A stretch of 52,437 bases of DNA, from positions 144,603 to 197,039 of the forward strand of contig JAQUKH010000001.1 in NCBI GenBank assembly GCA_028719205.1. Direction: 5' to 3'. Each line of letters opens with the position of its first letter. Position 1 is the stretch's first letter. Source of the stretch: a bacterium (lineage in GTDB: Bacteria > JACRDZ01 > JAQUKH01). The position numbers and the translations under genes were made by a program. The notes beneath the pieces were generated by a model. The model ran no database searches and had not been told where the DNA came from. It saw only the letters and a program-made list of their open reading frames with translations. This document shows, piece after piece, positions 27,587-36,916 of this stretch.

Positions 27587-28927
27587 TCAATTTTTTATAA
27601 CCTTTTCTTTACATTGTTCCCTGCACAAATTACATTGAATACATTCCCCTTTTTCAATAAAAATATCCTCATCTACGCTGCATATTTCTAAAGGGCATAT
27701 AGCTTCACACTTCCTGCATAAATCACAGTTTTTTTTCGCTTTCAAAGGAAAAATCGAAAAATTTGATAATAATGACAAAAACGCTCCAACCCCGCATAAA
27801 TATCTGCACCAGAACCTGAAAATAAAAAATGATGTTATTAACAAAAATATCAGGAACGCGAAAAATATAATTTCCCCTCTTAAACTGAAAATAGTATTAA
27901 AAGGTTCATAATTCGTAAAACCTATATTCCCGGTGACAAATACAGCGCCGACTATTAAGATCAACAAATAATATTTTATTAAGCGCGCCTTTTTCTCATC
28001 ATCGTTCAATATTTTAACATGGAATGGGCTGATTTTTCCGAGAAGTTCCTGTATTGCTCCAAACGGGCAGATCCAGCCGCAATATATCCTTCCCCAAAGC
28101 ATGGTCGTTATAAATGTCAAAACAAACAAAAAATACCACGATAAACTTGAAACAATATCGGGGATCCTGCCTGTAAATATATTAATTAAGCTTATTATCG
28201 AAATATAATTAAGTTCTAAAAACCCGAAATATAATATCGCTCCAGTCAAAATAAAATACCGTCCATAACGTATGCCGTTCAAATAAAAATATATTGCTAA
28301 AACAAAAAACAATGTAATTATATATATATTATAATTTTTATAAATATCTTTCCACTCAAAGGATATTTTTTGTTTAACCTCTAAATTAAAGAATTTATTT
28401 GCCGCCAGCTTAATCGACTTTTCAACAGCTGACACCACTGCCTGGCTTGAAATAGTCGCGCGTGTTATACCGTCCAGATCTCTACCTAATTTAAATTCAC
28501 TTTTGTGATCCAGTTTTTTAAACTGATCGGTAAAAACCGGTTCCTGAAGAGTTTGAACATACGAGGGAGTCTCATTATGCGATAATATTTTTATACCCTT
28601 TACCTGCCCCTTATTATTCATGCCTATTAGAATTCTTATTTTTCCCGCATATCCTCTGATATCAGGGGCGAAATCCGTAGAAAGAAAGCATAATCCAACA
28701 AGCTTTTTTTCACCTTTTTCATTTATCGCGTAAACTTCATAGTGAGGCGGCGACCCTTTTTTCTCTGAAAATCCATCAGCCTCAGGGTAGACAAGAGATA
28801 AGGATCTTATTTCTAACGAAATATCTTCTTTTTTTGTTTTTTCCTGATAAGTCTTCGCAATGATCAATAAACATATTATAATTACATTTATCCAGACAAA
28901 TATTCTATTTTTTTGTTTTTTATTCAT
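27587..28927 (-). CDS. FMN-binding plus membrane 4Fe-4S protein (NosR/NirI/PceC-like)
   Basis: RGYAG.I, HNETP, DGITRAT flavinylation-type motif; TM bundle with YCGWICPFG and WCRYLCG; C-terminal CDLCRKCEAICP and CIQCNLCREQC. Confidence 0.8.
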   Translation of the reverse strand: MNKKQKNRIFVWINVIIICLLIIAKTYQEKTKKEDISLEIRSLSLVYPEADGFSEKKGSPPHYEVYAINEKGEKKLVGLCFLSTDFAPDIRGYAGKIRILIGMNNKGQVKGIKILSHNETPSYVQTLQEPVFTDQFKKLDHKSEFKLGRDLDGITRATISSQAVVSAVEKSIKLAANKFFNLEVKQKISFEWKDIYKNYNIYIITLFFVLAIYFYLNGIRYGRYFILTGAILYFGFLELNYISIISLINIFTGRIPDIVSSLSWYFLFVLTFITTMLWGRIYCGWICPFGAIQELLGKISPFHVKILNDDEKKARLIKYYLLILIVGAVFVTGNIGFTNYEPFNTIFSLRGEIIFFAFLIFLLITSFFIFRFWCRYLCGVGAFLSLLSNFSIFPLKAKKNCDLCRKCEAICPLEICSVDEDIFIEKGECIQCNLCREQCKEKVIKN

Positions 28928-28946
28928 AGAAGTGAATACTTCAAGA

Positions 28947-29408
28947 TCATTTAAATTCCGGCTCTAATTTAAAGCCCTCTATTAATTTAAACACTTCTTT
29001 CTCTTTTTTCCTCATAATAACAAAATCTTTTTCTTTAATATGATCATAACCAAAAAGATGCAATATTCCATGTATTAAAAGTATTTTTAATTCCTCCTCA
29101 AAACTATGTTTATAATCTCCAGCTTGTTTTATCGCTGTTTCCACTGAAATGACCACATCGCCTATCAAATCGGAAGAAATATCAGTAGCTATTTCACCTT
29201 CCCTTAATGAGAAAGATAAAACATCGGTCGGTTTATCTTTTTTTCTGTATTTCTTATTTAATTCCCGGATAGTTTTATCATCAACAAACGTAATCCCGAT
29301 TACCGGCTTTCCGGGACTCATACTTTTAAGGATCGTATTAATTATTATTTTTAATTCTTTTGAAGGCAATTTGACTGACTTTTGCCAATTGTTTATCAAT
29401 ATTCTCAT
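28947..29408 (-). CDS. ybeY: rRNA maturation endoribonuclease YbeY
   Basis: LN..YR.KDKPTDVLSF, GDVVIS, HGILHLFGYDH. Confidence 0.95.
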   Translation of the reverse strand: MRILINNWQKSVKLPSKELKIIINTILKSMSPGKPVIGITFVDDKTIRELNKKYRKKDKPTDVLSFSLREGEIATDISSDLIGDVVISVETAIKQAGDYKHSFEEELKILLIHGILHLFGYDHIKEKDFVIMRKKEKEVFKLIEGFKLEPEFK

Positions 29409-30831
29409 CAACTAAATCCTCAGTTTTAGGATAATCCACCCTGCTATGGTATATTCCGCTTAGAACTCTTTCAAAAACCTGCGTAATTTTTGTAATATCC
29501 CTAAGGCTTAATTCACATTCATCCAGCTGACTATCCTTTAATTTCTCATTTATAAGCCTGTTTATCAATGATTTAAGAAGATTAGGCGTCGGATTAGTTA
29601 ACGTCCTGGAAGCAGCTTCCACAATATCGGCCAGCATAACTATTCCCGCTTCTTTTGATTGGGGTTTAGGCCCTGGATAACGATAATTTTGTTCAGATAA
29701 ATTTTCAGAAGGATTTTCCTTTAAGGCCTCCTGATAGAAAAAAGAAACCAGACTTGTTCCGTGATGTTCCCTGATAATATTAACTACGCCTTCACTTAAT
29801 CTATATTGATCTGCCAGATCAACCCCGTCTTTCACATGAGAAATAAGTATAAGACTGCTCATGTTAGGTGTTAATTTATCATGTATTTTTGTACTATTAT
29901 TTTCTGAAAAATATTTTGCTTTATTAAGTTTTCCAATATCATGGAAATAGGCGCTTGCCCTCGCTAAAAGGCTATTCGCGCCAATTGATTCCGCGCCTGC
30001 TTCAGCCAGATTCCCGACAACAATGCTGTGATGATAAGTACCTGGAGCTACTAACGCAAGATTTTTCAGTAAAGGATGATTCAGGTCAGTCAATTCTATC
30101 ATTCTTATGTCTGTTGTCAGATTAAATATATTTTCAAAAACTATCAATAAAATACCTGATAAGGAAATGGCAAGAAGCCCGCCAAGAAAACCCCACCCCA
30201 TCTCCTGCAAGGTCTTAAAGGAAGAATAATGATTACCTATAAGATTAATGATCAGAATAAGCACGCTATTCCCCACTCCAAGTATCAATCCTGCTAAAGG
30301 AATACTTATTCTTTTTCTTAAATGAAATACTGAAAATATACCGATCCAATTAGTCAAAAGCAGGAAAAATGAATAATTTAACGTGTTATCTTTCATCAAA
30401 CCGATCAAGATCCCTGCCAGGCTGCTTATAAAAAACGCGAGATTAGGTTTTAATAAAGTTGACAACAAAATACCTATAATTGCCCCGGGAACCAAATAGA
30501 TCGATATATCCAGCCAAAAAAGTAATTTTATCATAACAAAAGAAACTACTAAAATCAGACCTGTTATAAGTAATTTTGTTTCGGATTTAAATATCTTTGG
30601 CTGAAATAAATAGATATATATCCCGCTTAATAGAACAAAAAGTGATACCAATAATATTCTGCCCAAAATAGACATCAATTTGAAAGTTTCGGGCAGTATA
30701 ATTACAGTTAAAAATACTATTAATGACAATATTAATTTAATGTATTTTGATTCAGATCGTTTTTCTTTTATATCTGAATAAAATATTATTTTACTCTTTT
30801 TTAATCTATCTTTTAACTTCTCTTTGAGCAT
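29338..30831 (-). CDS. Multi-TM HD-family phosphohydrolase (PgpH/YqfF-like, putative c-di-AMP phosphodiesterase)
   Basis: APGTYHHS, FHDIGK, HVKDG, EHHGT, YRYPGPKP, MLAD..EAA; conserved position between phoH and ybeY. Confidence 0.85.
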   Translation of the reverse strand: MLKEKLKDRLKKSKIIFYSDIKEKRSESKYIKLILSLIVFLTVIILPETFKLMSILGRILLVSLFVLLSGIYIYLFQPKIFKSETKLLITGLILVVSFVMIKLLFWLDISIYLVPGAIIGILLSTLLKPNLAFFISSLAGILIGLMKDNTLNYSFFLLLTNWIGIFSVFHLRKRISIPLAGLILGVGNSVLILIINLIGNHYSSFKTLQEMGWGFLGGLLAISLSGILLIVFENIFNLTTDIRMIELTDLNHPLLKNLALVAPGTYHHSIVVGNLAEAGAESIGANSLLARASAYFHDIGKLNKAKYFSENNSTKIHDKLTPNMSSLILISHVKDGVDLADQYRLSEGVVNIIREHHGTSLVSFFYQEALKENPSENLSEQNYRYPGPKPQSKEAGIVMLADIVEAASRTLTNPTPNLLKSLINRLINEKLKDSQLDECELSLRDITKITQVFERVLSGIYHSRVDYPKTEDLVDENIDKQLAKVSQIAFKRIKNNN

Positions 30832-31759
30832 AAGCCTCTATTATTTTTTGTACCAGTTCATGCCGGACTACATCATTTCCGTTGAAATAAACAAATGAGA
30901 TGCCTTCTATATCCTTTAGTATTTCCTGTATCTCAATTAAACCTGATCTGCGGTTTGAAGGAAGATCAACTTGAGTTATATCACCGGTAATAACTGTTTT
31001 TGAATTAAATCCCAATCTTGTAAGAAACATTTTCATCTGTTCAGAAGTCGTATTTTGAGCTTCATCCAGTATAATGAAAGCGTTATTTAATGTCCTGCCA
31101 CGCATGTATGCCAAAGGGGCTACTTCAATTATACCTTTATCCATTAGCCTCTGCACTTTTTCAATTTCCATCATATCATAAATTGCGTCATAAAGCGGCC
31201 TTAAATACGGATCAACTTTTTCACTAAAAGAACCGGGTAAAAATCCTAAATTTTCCCCGGCTTCTACCGCAGGCCTTACTAATATTATCCTATCCACTTC
31301 TTTGTTTTTCAAAGAGGAAACAGCCATTGCCATCGCAAGATACGTTTTCCCGGTTCCCGCGGGCCCTATACCAAAAACTATATCATATTTAATTATAGCT
31401 TCAACATATTTTTTTTGCCCTAAAGTTTTCGGTTTGATATGCCTGTCACGGCGTGAAACAGACAGATCTTCAGTTAAAATATCCGATGTTTTTAGCATTT
31501 CCTCATCTTGCAATGATCTTATAACCAGATCAATATCATCTTTACTTATTGAATTACCTTTTTTAATTAATTTTAAAAGTTCTTCAATAACAAAAAATAC
31601 TTTTTCAACTGAATTTCTATTGCCTTTTATTATTAATTCATTTCCTCTTGAAAATAGCTTGGCATCAAATTTATCTTCAATTATATTTATATTCTTATCA
31701 TTTTGTCCAAAAAGAGAAAACGCGATTTCATTATTTAACAAGTAAACTTTTTTTTCCAT
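30806..31759 (-). CDS. phoH: PhoH-family ATPase
   Basis: GPAGTGKT, RPAVEAGE.LGFLPG, PLAYMRGRT, LDEAQN, TGD.TQ.DL. Confidence 0.95.
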   Translation of the reverse strand: MEKKVYLLNNEIAFSLFGQNDKNINIIEDKFDAKLFSRGNELIIKGNRNSVEKVFFVIEELLKLIKKGNSISKDDIDLVIRSLQDEEMLKTSDILTEDLSVSRRDRHIKPKTLGQKKYVEAIIKYDIVFGIGPAGTGKTYLAMAMAVSSLKNKEVDRIILVRPAVEAGENLGFLPGSFSEKVDPYLRPLYDAIYDMMEIEKVQRLMDKGIIEVAPLAYMRGRTLNNAFIILDEAQNTTSEQMKMFLTRLGFNSKTVITGDITQVDLPSNRRSGLIEIQEILKDIEGISFVYFNGNDVVRHELVQKIIEAYAQREVKR

Positions 31760-31770
31760 AAAATTAAAAA

Positions 31771-31806
31771 ACTCTTATTATCAATTTTGATTATGATAAT
31801 AAGAGT
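31771..31806 (-). terminator. Inverted repeat, probable intrinsic terminator after the LysM gene
   Basis: 13-bp stem ACTCTTATTATCA / TGATAATAAGAGT with a 10-nt loop, followed by a T-run on the minus strand. Confidence 0.6.
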
Positions 31807-31838
31807 CTATAAAAATAACTTGTTTCTATCACCGTTTT

Positions 31839-32492
31839 TTAGCGGGGAATATCAAAAATTTGATAAGGATAAATCAATTTAGGGTCTTTAATTTGATCTT
31901 TATTAGCTTTATATAACCTCGGCCATTGATATGGATCACCGTAAATCTTATCTAATCCCGCAATCTTCCATAAACAATCACCCTGTACAACCTCATACTC
32001 AGTGGGCCTTGGGCCTGCTCCAATTATTCCCCTGGGTATATCAAATATTTGATCAGGATATATCAGATCCGGATTTTTTATCTTATCCCTGTTTGCCCAA
32101 TATATCTTTTTCCATTTATAGGGATCACCATATATTTTTTCCATCTTCGCGATCACCCAAAGGCAATCGCCTTTTATAACTTTATATTTTGTGGGTTTTT
32201 CTTTTAATTTCTTTATCTCTTCTTCAACAGCTTTAATTTCATCAGTTTTCGTTAAAGTAAGCTGTTCTTCATCACTGATTTCTTTCTTTAACCGGGATAT
32301 TTCTGACTGCAGGCTATCATATTCATTTAATAATTGCTTAGTTTCATCCTGAAGTTTTTTAATGGCATCTTCTAATACTGTTTTGGATTCATCTATTAAT
32401 GCCTGAGATTCAGCATCAGCAAAAATTTTCACATCAGATGATATTACAAAAAACAACATAAAAATAATGGTAAAAATAATTTTTCTATTCAT
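31839..32492 (-). CDS. Secreted coiled-coil protein with two tandem LysM domains
   Basis: Signal peptide, heptad region, two near-duplicate units Y.V..GDCLW.IA...IYGDPY.W...Y.AN.D.IK.P.LIYP.QIFDIPR. Confidence 0.88.
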   Translation of the reverse strand: MNRKIIFTIIFMLFFVISSDVKIFADAESQALIDESKTVLEDAIKKLQDETKQLLNEYDSLQSEISRLKKEISDEEQLTLTKTDEIKAVEEEIKKLKEKPTKYKVIKGDCLWVIAKMEKIYGDPYKWKKIYWANRDKIKNPDLIYPDQIFDIPRGIIGAGPRPTEYEVVQGDCLWKIAGLDKIYGDPYQWPRLYKANKDQIKDPKLIYPYQIFDIPR

Positions 32493-32495
32493 ATT

Positions 32496-33476
32496 TTATT
32501 TCTCAATTAAACTATTTCTTTTTCCGGTTAAATCGTTTAGTTCATTGACCAAAGTTGCGGTTTTTGCTTTTAATTTTTCCAGCTTTTCTTTCAGCGAATC
32601 TCTTTCTTCTCTAGCGCTTTTGACCTTTCTCTCGGCATCGTCCCTGTCTTTTTTCGCCTTATAATATTTTTCTATCAGACTCAGCATTCCCGATTCAGTC
32701 TCTTTGAGTTTAGCTAAAGACTGTTTTAAAATAATTTTTTCTTCTTCTTTTTCACTAATTTCAATTTTATACTTTAAAAGATCAGATTCTGCCGCTGATA
32801 TTTCTTTTACACCTTCAATAATACCGCTCAAATCGTTCTTTTTCAACGATTCAGTTAAAGTTTCCTTAGCTTTTTCGAATCTTTTCAGTTTTGATTCAAT
32901 GTTCCCTTTTTTAACTACTGCTTCATCTTTTGCTTCACCGGCAGATTTTATCGCTTTTTGGGCAAACTCTCTTGATTCTGGATATTTAGCGGATTTAAAA
33001 CTCTGCTGCGCCTGATTTAACGATGCTGCTGCATTGCTTATTTTCTGAGAAGCGTATACCTCAGCTTCAGCTTTTTTAGCTTCCGCAATCGCTTTCTCCG
33101 CTTCCTCAATTTTTACAGCGGATTCAGAAATCTCTATAGCCAACTCAGCGTAGTTAATAGCAGTATTTCCATATTTAATAGCTTTCAAATAATTTTCTTT
33201 TGCGATCTTATAAGATTTCTTATGATTAAGAACACCATCATTATAGTATTTTTCTGCTTCTTTTAACGAAGAGATCGCAGAATTCAGGTTATCAGGCGAA
33301 TATTTTTCAGCACCTTTTTCTTTTGCGATTTTTATTTTCTCTTTAGCTGTAGATATTATATTCTCAGCCTGCGACTTATATCCATTTAATTCCGCCAGCT
33401 GTTTCATATTCGGGGCACAGGCAATCCCGGCAATGAATAAAAAACTAATGATCAGTTTTAATCTATTTTTCATCAT
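32496..33476 (-). CDS. Alpha-helical lipoprotein with DUF4398-like repeats
   Basis: Lipobox GIAC; repeated AK..GAEKYSP / AK..EAEVYAS helical hairpins; long coiled coil. Confidence 0.65.
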   Translation of the reverse strand: MMKNRLKLIISFLFIAGIACAPNMKQLAELNGYKSQAENIISTAKEKIKIAKEKGAEKYSPDNLNSAISSLKEAEKYYNDGVLNHKKSYKIAKENYLKAIKYGNTAINYAELAIEISESAVKIEEAEKAIAEAKKAEAEVYASQKISNAAASLNQAQQSFKSAKYPESREFAQKAIKSAGEAKDEAVVKKGNIESKLKRFEKAKETLTESLKKNDLSGIIEGVKEISAAESDLLKYKIEISEKEEEKIILKQSLAKLKETESGMLSLIEKYYKAKKDRDDAERKVKSAREERDSLKEKLEKLKAKTATLVNELNDLTGKRNSLIEK

Positions 33477-33482
33477 ATTCCT

Positions 33483-33510
33483 ATTTTAACAATATTTATT
33501 AACTTGTCAA
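33483..33510 (-). promoter_or_regulatory. Sigma70 promoter with extended -10 for the lipoprotein-LysM pair, probably leaderless
   Basis: TTGACA-N16-TAAAAT with TGn extension; ATG 33476 is the 7th nt after the -10 box. Confidence 0.6.
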
Positions 33511-33535
33511 CGAAAAAAAATATATATTTTTTCAA

Positions 33536-35293
33536 TTATACTTTATTGTCGGTTTTTATGCTTAATTCCTTTAATTGTTTTTCAGAAACCGTATCCGGCG
33601 CTCCTGTTAAAAGGCATGTTGCTTTTTGTGTCTTTGGAAAAGCAATAACTTCGCGTATATTTTCCGTTCCTATCAGGATCATGATCAGCCGGTCCAATCC
33701 AAAAGCAATTCCTCCATGAGGCGGAGCGCCAAACGCTAGAGCTTCAAGAAGAAATCCAAAACGCCCTTCTGCCTCTTCTTTACCGATCTTTAAAAGCTCA
33801 AACATTTTTTCCTGCATTTCCCTCTGGTGTATCCGAATACTTCCACCACCGATCTCATTGCCATTTAAAACCAGATCATAAGCACGCGCGGTAATCTCCC
33901 CCGGATCAATATTCAAATTCGCGCCTTCATTCGGAGAGGTAAAAGGATGATGCATAGCGACATAACGTTTATCTTCTTCACTGTATTCAAAAAGCGGGAA
34001 ATTAATGATCCACGCAAATTCATATTTTTTATTATCTATTAAATTAAGTTTGTTTGCCAAATAATTCCGTAAATGTCCCAATGACTGCCATACAATTTTA
34101 ACTTTATCCGCGACAAAAACCAGGAGATCGCCGTTTTCACCCTTCATCTCCGATTTTATTTTTTCTAAAATATCCGGCGTAAAAAATTTAGCAATGGGAG
34201 ACTTTATTTCATTATTTTCAATCTTTAACCAGGCTAATCCTTTTGCCCCGAAAATTTTTGCTTCTTCCGTTAACTTATCGATTTCCTGGCGCGAAAATCC
34301 GGCTCCGTTCGGGATTTTAATTCCACGAACAACTCCTTTTGAGTCAACTACTTTCTTAAATACCTCAAATTGGCTTAATTTAACAATATCAGATACTTCT
34401 ATGATCTCTAAATCAAAACGCAAATCGGGTTTATCTGAGCCATATTTTAAAATCGCGTCTTTATAATCTAAACGCCTTAAAGGAGTTTTTAACTCTCCTT
34501 TATTTAATTCTTTCCATATTGATTTAAACATTCCCTCGGTTAAATTCATAACATCTTCTTCACTTACAAAAGACATCTCAAGATCAACCTGAGTAAACTC
34601 AGGCTGCCTATCAGCCCTTAAATCCTCGTCACGGAAACATTTTACTATCTGATAATATCTTTCAAAACCTGAAATCATTAAAAGTTGTTTAAAAAGCTGT
34701 GGAGATTGAGGCAACGCGAAAAATTTCCCCGGACTCAAACGGCTGGGCACCAAAAAATCCCGCGCTCCCTCCGGCGTACTTTTGGTTAAAAACGGTGTTT
34801 CAATGTCGCAAAATCTTTCCTGATCCAGAAAATTTCGTATTGTTCTTCCCACCTTATGCCTTAACAAAATGTTCTTCTGCAAATCTCCTCTCCTGAGATC
34901 AAGAAACCTGTAACGCAGCCTTACATCCTCACCGACCTTATCACCTTCATTTAAAGCAAAAGGCAGCGGCAATGACCTGTTTAATATGTCTAATTTTTTT
35001 ACGATAATTTCAATTTTACCTGTAGGAAGGTTAACATTATCCGTTCCAGCCGGCCGGAATTTCACTTCACCTTCAATAGCCAGAACATATTCGTCACGTA
35101 TAACATTTGCTTCTTTATGGGATTTCTGGTCTATCTCAGAATTAAAAACAATTTGAGTAAGGCCATAACGGTCCCGCAAATCAATAAAAATCAATCCGCC
35201 ATGATCTCTGCGGCTGTTAACCCATCCCATTAAGATCACCTGTTTTCCAATATCACCTTCATTTAATTCTCCGCAATTATGTGTTCTTTTCAA
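33536..35293 (-). CDS. aspS: Aspartate--tRNA ligase, probably non-discriminating (Asp/Asn)
   Basis: RRDHGG, STPEGARDF, LPQSPQLFKQ, FRDEDLRADRQPEF, GAD insert, PPHGGIAFGLDR; TTG start overlaps the hisS TGA. Confidence 0.97.
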   Translation of the reverse strand: MKRTHNCGELNEGDIGKQVILMGWVNSRRDHGGLIFIDLRDRYGLTQIVFNSEIDQKSHKEANVIRDEYVLAIEGEVKFRPAGTDNVNLPTGKIEIIVKKLDILNRSLPLPFALNEGDKVGEDVRLRYRFLDLRRGDLQKNILLRHKVGRTIRNFLDQERFCDIETPFLTKSTPEGARDFLVPSRLSPGKFFALPQSPQLFKQLLMISGFERYYQIVKCFRDEDLRADRQPEFTQVDLEMSFVSEEDVMNLTEGMFKSIWKELNKGELKTPLRRLDYKDAILKYGSDKPDLRFDLEIIEVSDIVKLSQFEVFKKVVDSKGVVRGIKIPNGAGFSRQEIDKLTEEAKIFGAKGLAWLKIENNEIKSPIAKFFTPDILEKIKSEMKGENGDLLVFVADKVKIVWQSLGHLRNYLANKLNLIDNKKYEFAWIINFPLFEYSEEDKRYVAMHHPFTSPNEGANLNIDPGEITARAYDLVLNGNEIGGGSIRIHQREMQEKMFELLKIGKEEAEGRFGFLLEALAFGAPPHGGIAFGLDRLIMILIGTENIREVIAFPKTQKATCLLTGAPDTVSEKQLKELSIKTDNKV

Positions 35294-36558
35294 GGCAATA
35301 CCTCCTTCTTAACTAGATCAAATAACTCTTCAAATTTTATTTCTCTCTGTACTCCGGTATTCATAGAACGCAATAAAACAATACCTTTTTCTAATTCCTG
35401 ATCACCTAAAATTATAACTCTTTTAGCTTTAAGTTTATCAGCTGTTTTTAACTGGCTTTTTAAAGATCTCTGTCTATGATCGATCTCACAACTGATCCCT
35501 GATTGACGGAATTTATTTGTTAATTCAAAAAGATATTCATAGGCTTTTTGGGATCCGACGGCAATATTATAAACTTCGAGGCTTGACATTTCTGGCCATT
35601 TTTTGCCGATACTGTCAAGCGCGAGAACAATTCTTTCGACACCCATAGCAAATCCGATACCGGGAATTTCATCTCCTCCCAGTTCATGGATCAGCTTATC
35701 ATACCTGCCTCCAGCGGCAATCGCGTTTTGTGATCCAAGCGATGAAAAAATGATCTCAAATGTTGTACGCGTATAATAATCCAGGCCGCGAACTAAACGC
35801 GGATTCATTTTATAATTTATCTTTAAAAGATCTAAATGCGCCTTTACCTCAGCTAAATGCGCCTGACAATCCGGACAGATCGCATCTGTAATTTTCGGAG
35901 CTTCGTTTAAAAAATTTTGACATTCAGGAATTTTGCAATCAAACATCCTTAATACATTTAAATTAAATCTTTCCTGGCAATCCGGGCAAAAGGCGGTAAC
36001 GTTCTTTGCTAATGCTTCCTTTAGAATATCTTTGTATTTCCCACGGCATTTCTCACAGCCCACGCTGTTTAGTTCAACCTGTATATTCTCAAGTCCCGCA
36101 AGTATAAAATAATTATACACCAGCGAAATTACCTCCGCGTCGAGGCTTGGTTCAGCGCTTCCGATCGCCTCAACACCGATTTGAGTATGTTGTCTATACC
36201 TGCCAGCCTGGGGCCTTTCATAACGGAACATAGGCCCTGTATAAAAAAGTTTTGTAATTGAATTATCCGCAAGATTATGTTCAAGGAAAGCCCTCATGAC
36301 ACCGGCAGTTCCTTCCGGCCTGAGGCATAATTTTCTGCCCTTGCGGTCATCAAAAACATACATTTCCTTTCGTACGATATCCGTGCCCTGCCCGATTCCG
36401 CGGACAAACAAAGATATTTCCTCAAAAATAGGCGTTCTTATTTCTTTATAACCATACAAAGAAAATATTTCCCGCGCTTTATTCTCTAAAAACTGCCATT
36501 TATTAACTTCATGAGGAAGTATATCTTTAGTACCTCTTACAGCTTTAATTTTTTCCAT
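35290..36558 (-). CDS. hisS: Histidine--tRNA ligase
   Basis: RGTKD, LRPEGTA, FRYERPQAGRYRQ, LVRGLDYY, GGRYD. Confidence 0.97.
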   Translation of the reverse strand: MEKIKAVRGTKDILPHEVNKWQFLENKAREIFSLYGYKEIRTPIFEEISLFVRGIGQGTDIVRKEMYVFDDRKGRKLCLRPEGTAGVMRAFLEHNLADNSITKLFYTGPMFRYERPQAGRYRQHTQIGVEAIGSAEPSLDAEVISLVYNYFILAGLENIQVELNSVGCEKCRGKYKDILKEALAKNVTAFCPDCQERFNLNVLRMFDCKIPECQNFLNEAPKITDAICPDCQAHLAEVKAHLDLLKINYKMNPRLVRGLDYYTRTTFEIIFSSLGSQNAIAAGGRYDKLIHELGGDEIPGIGFAMGVERIVLALDSIGKKWPEMSSLEVYNIAVGSQKAYEYLFELTNKFRQSGISCEIDHRQRSLKSQLKTADKLKAKRVIILGDQELEKGIVLLRSMNTGVQREIKFEELFDLVKKEVLP

Positions 36559-36916
36559 AATTTTTTAAATTCTTTTTTAAATTACTAAATATCAGAACCG
36601 CAGAAATTACGCCTAAGGAATCTGCTAAAAAATCAGCCCAATCACAACATCTTCCTGGAACAAAATATTGATGGATCTCATCAAGCCCGCCATAAAATAT
36701 TGAAAATAATATAGCGTAAAGCTCTGTTCGTTTTCTATTATAACTCTCAATTGAATTAAAAACTAAATATCCAAGTAATCCAAATTCAAAAAAATGTATT
36801 ACTTTATCAAATTCGGGGATAGGAGGCAATTTAACAGGTTGAGACAGAGAAGAAATATAAAAAATCAGGAATAGATAAAGAACTGTTATAATCCGAAAGA
36901 GAGGCCTTTTAGTCAT
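36545..36916 (-). CDS. VanZ-family membrane protein
   Basis: DKVIHF.EFG.L, DEIHQYFVPGR, D..AD..G. Confidence 0.88.
   Translation of the reverse strand: MTKRPLFRIITVLYLFLIFYISSLSQPVKLPPIPEFDKVIHFFEFGLLGYLVFNSIESYNRKRTELYAILFSIFYGGLDEIHQYFVPGRCCDWADFLADSLGVISAVLIFSNLKKNLKNYGKN

Noticed and set aside
31771-31806. Fur box suggested by TGATAAT / ATTATCA
   Set aside because: Half-sites are in the reverse order with 10-nt spacing, not the 7-1-7 TGATAATnATTATCA arrangement; neighbours are not iron genes
35860-36065. Four CxxC-like motifs in HisRS as a novel metal-binding insertion
   Set aside because: A Cys-rich insertion domain is common in HisRS of many anaerobic bacteria
36545-36916. VanZ as a glycopeptide resistance locus
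   Set aside because: No van ligase or regulators nearby; VanZ-like proteins are widespread with unknown function
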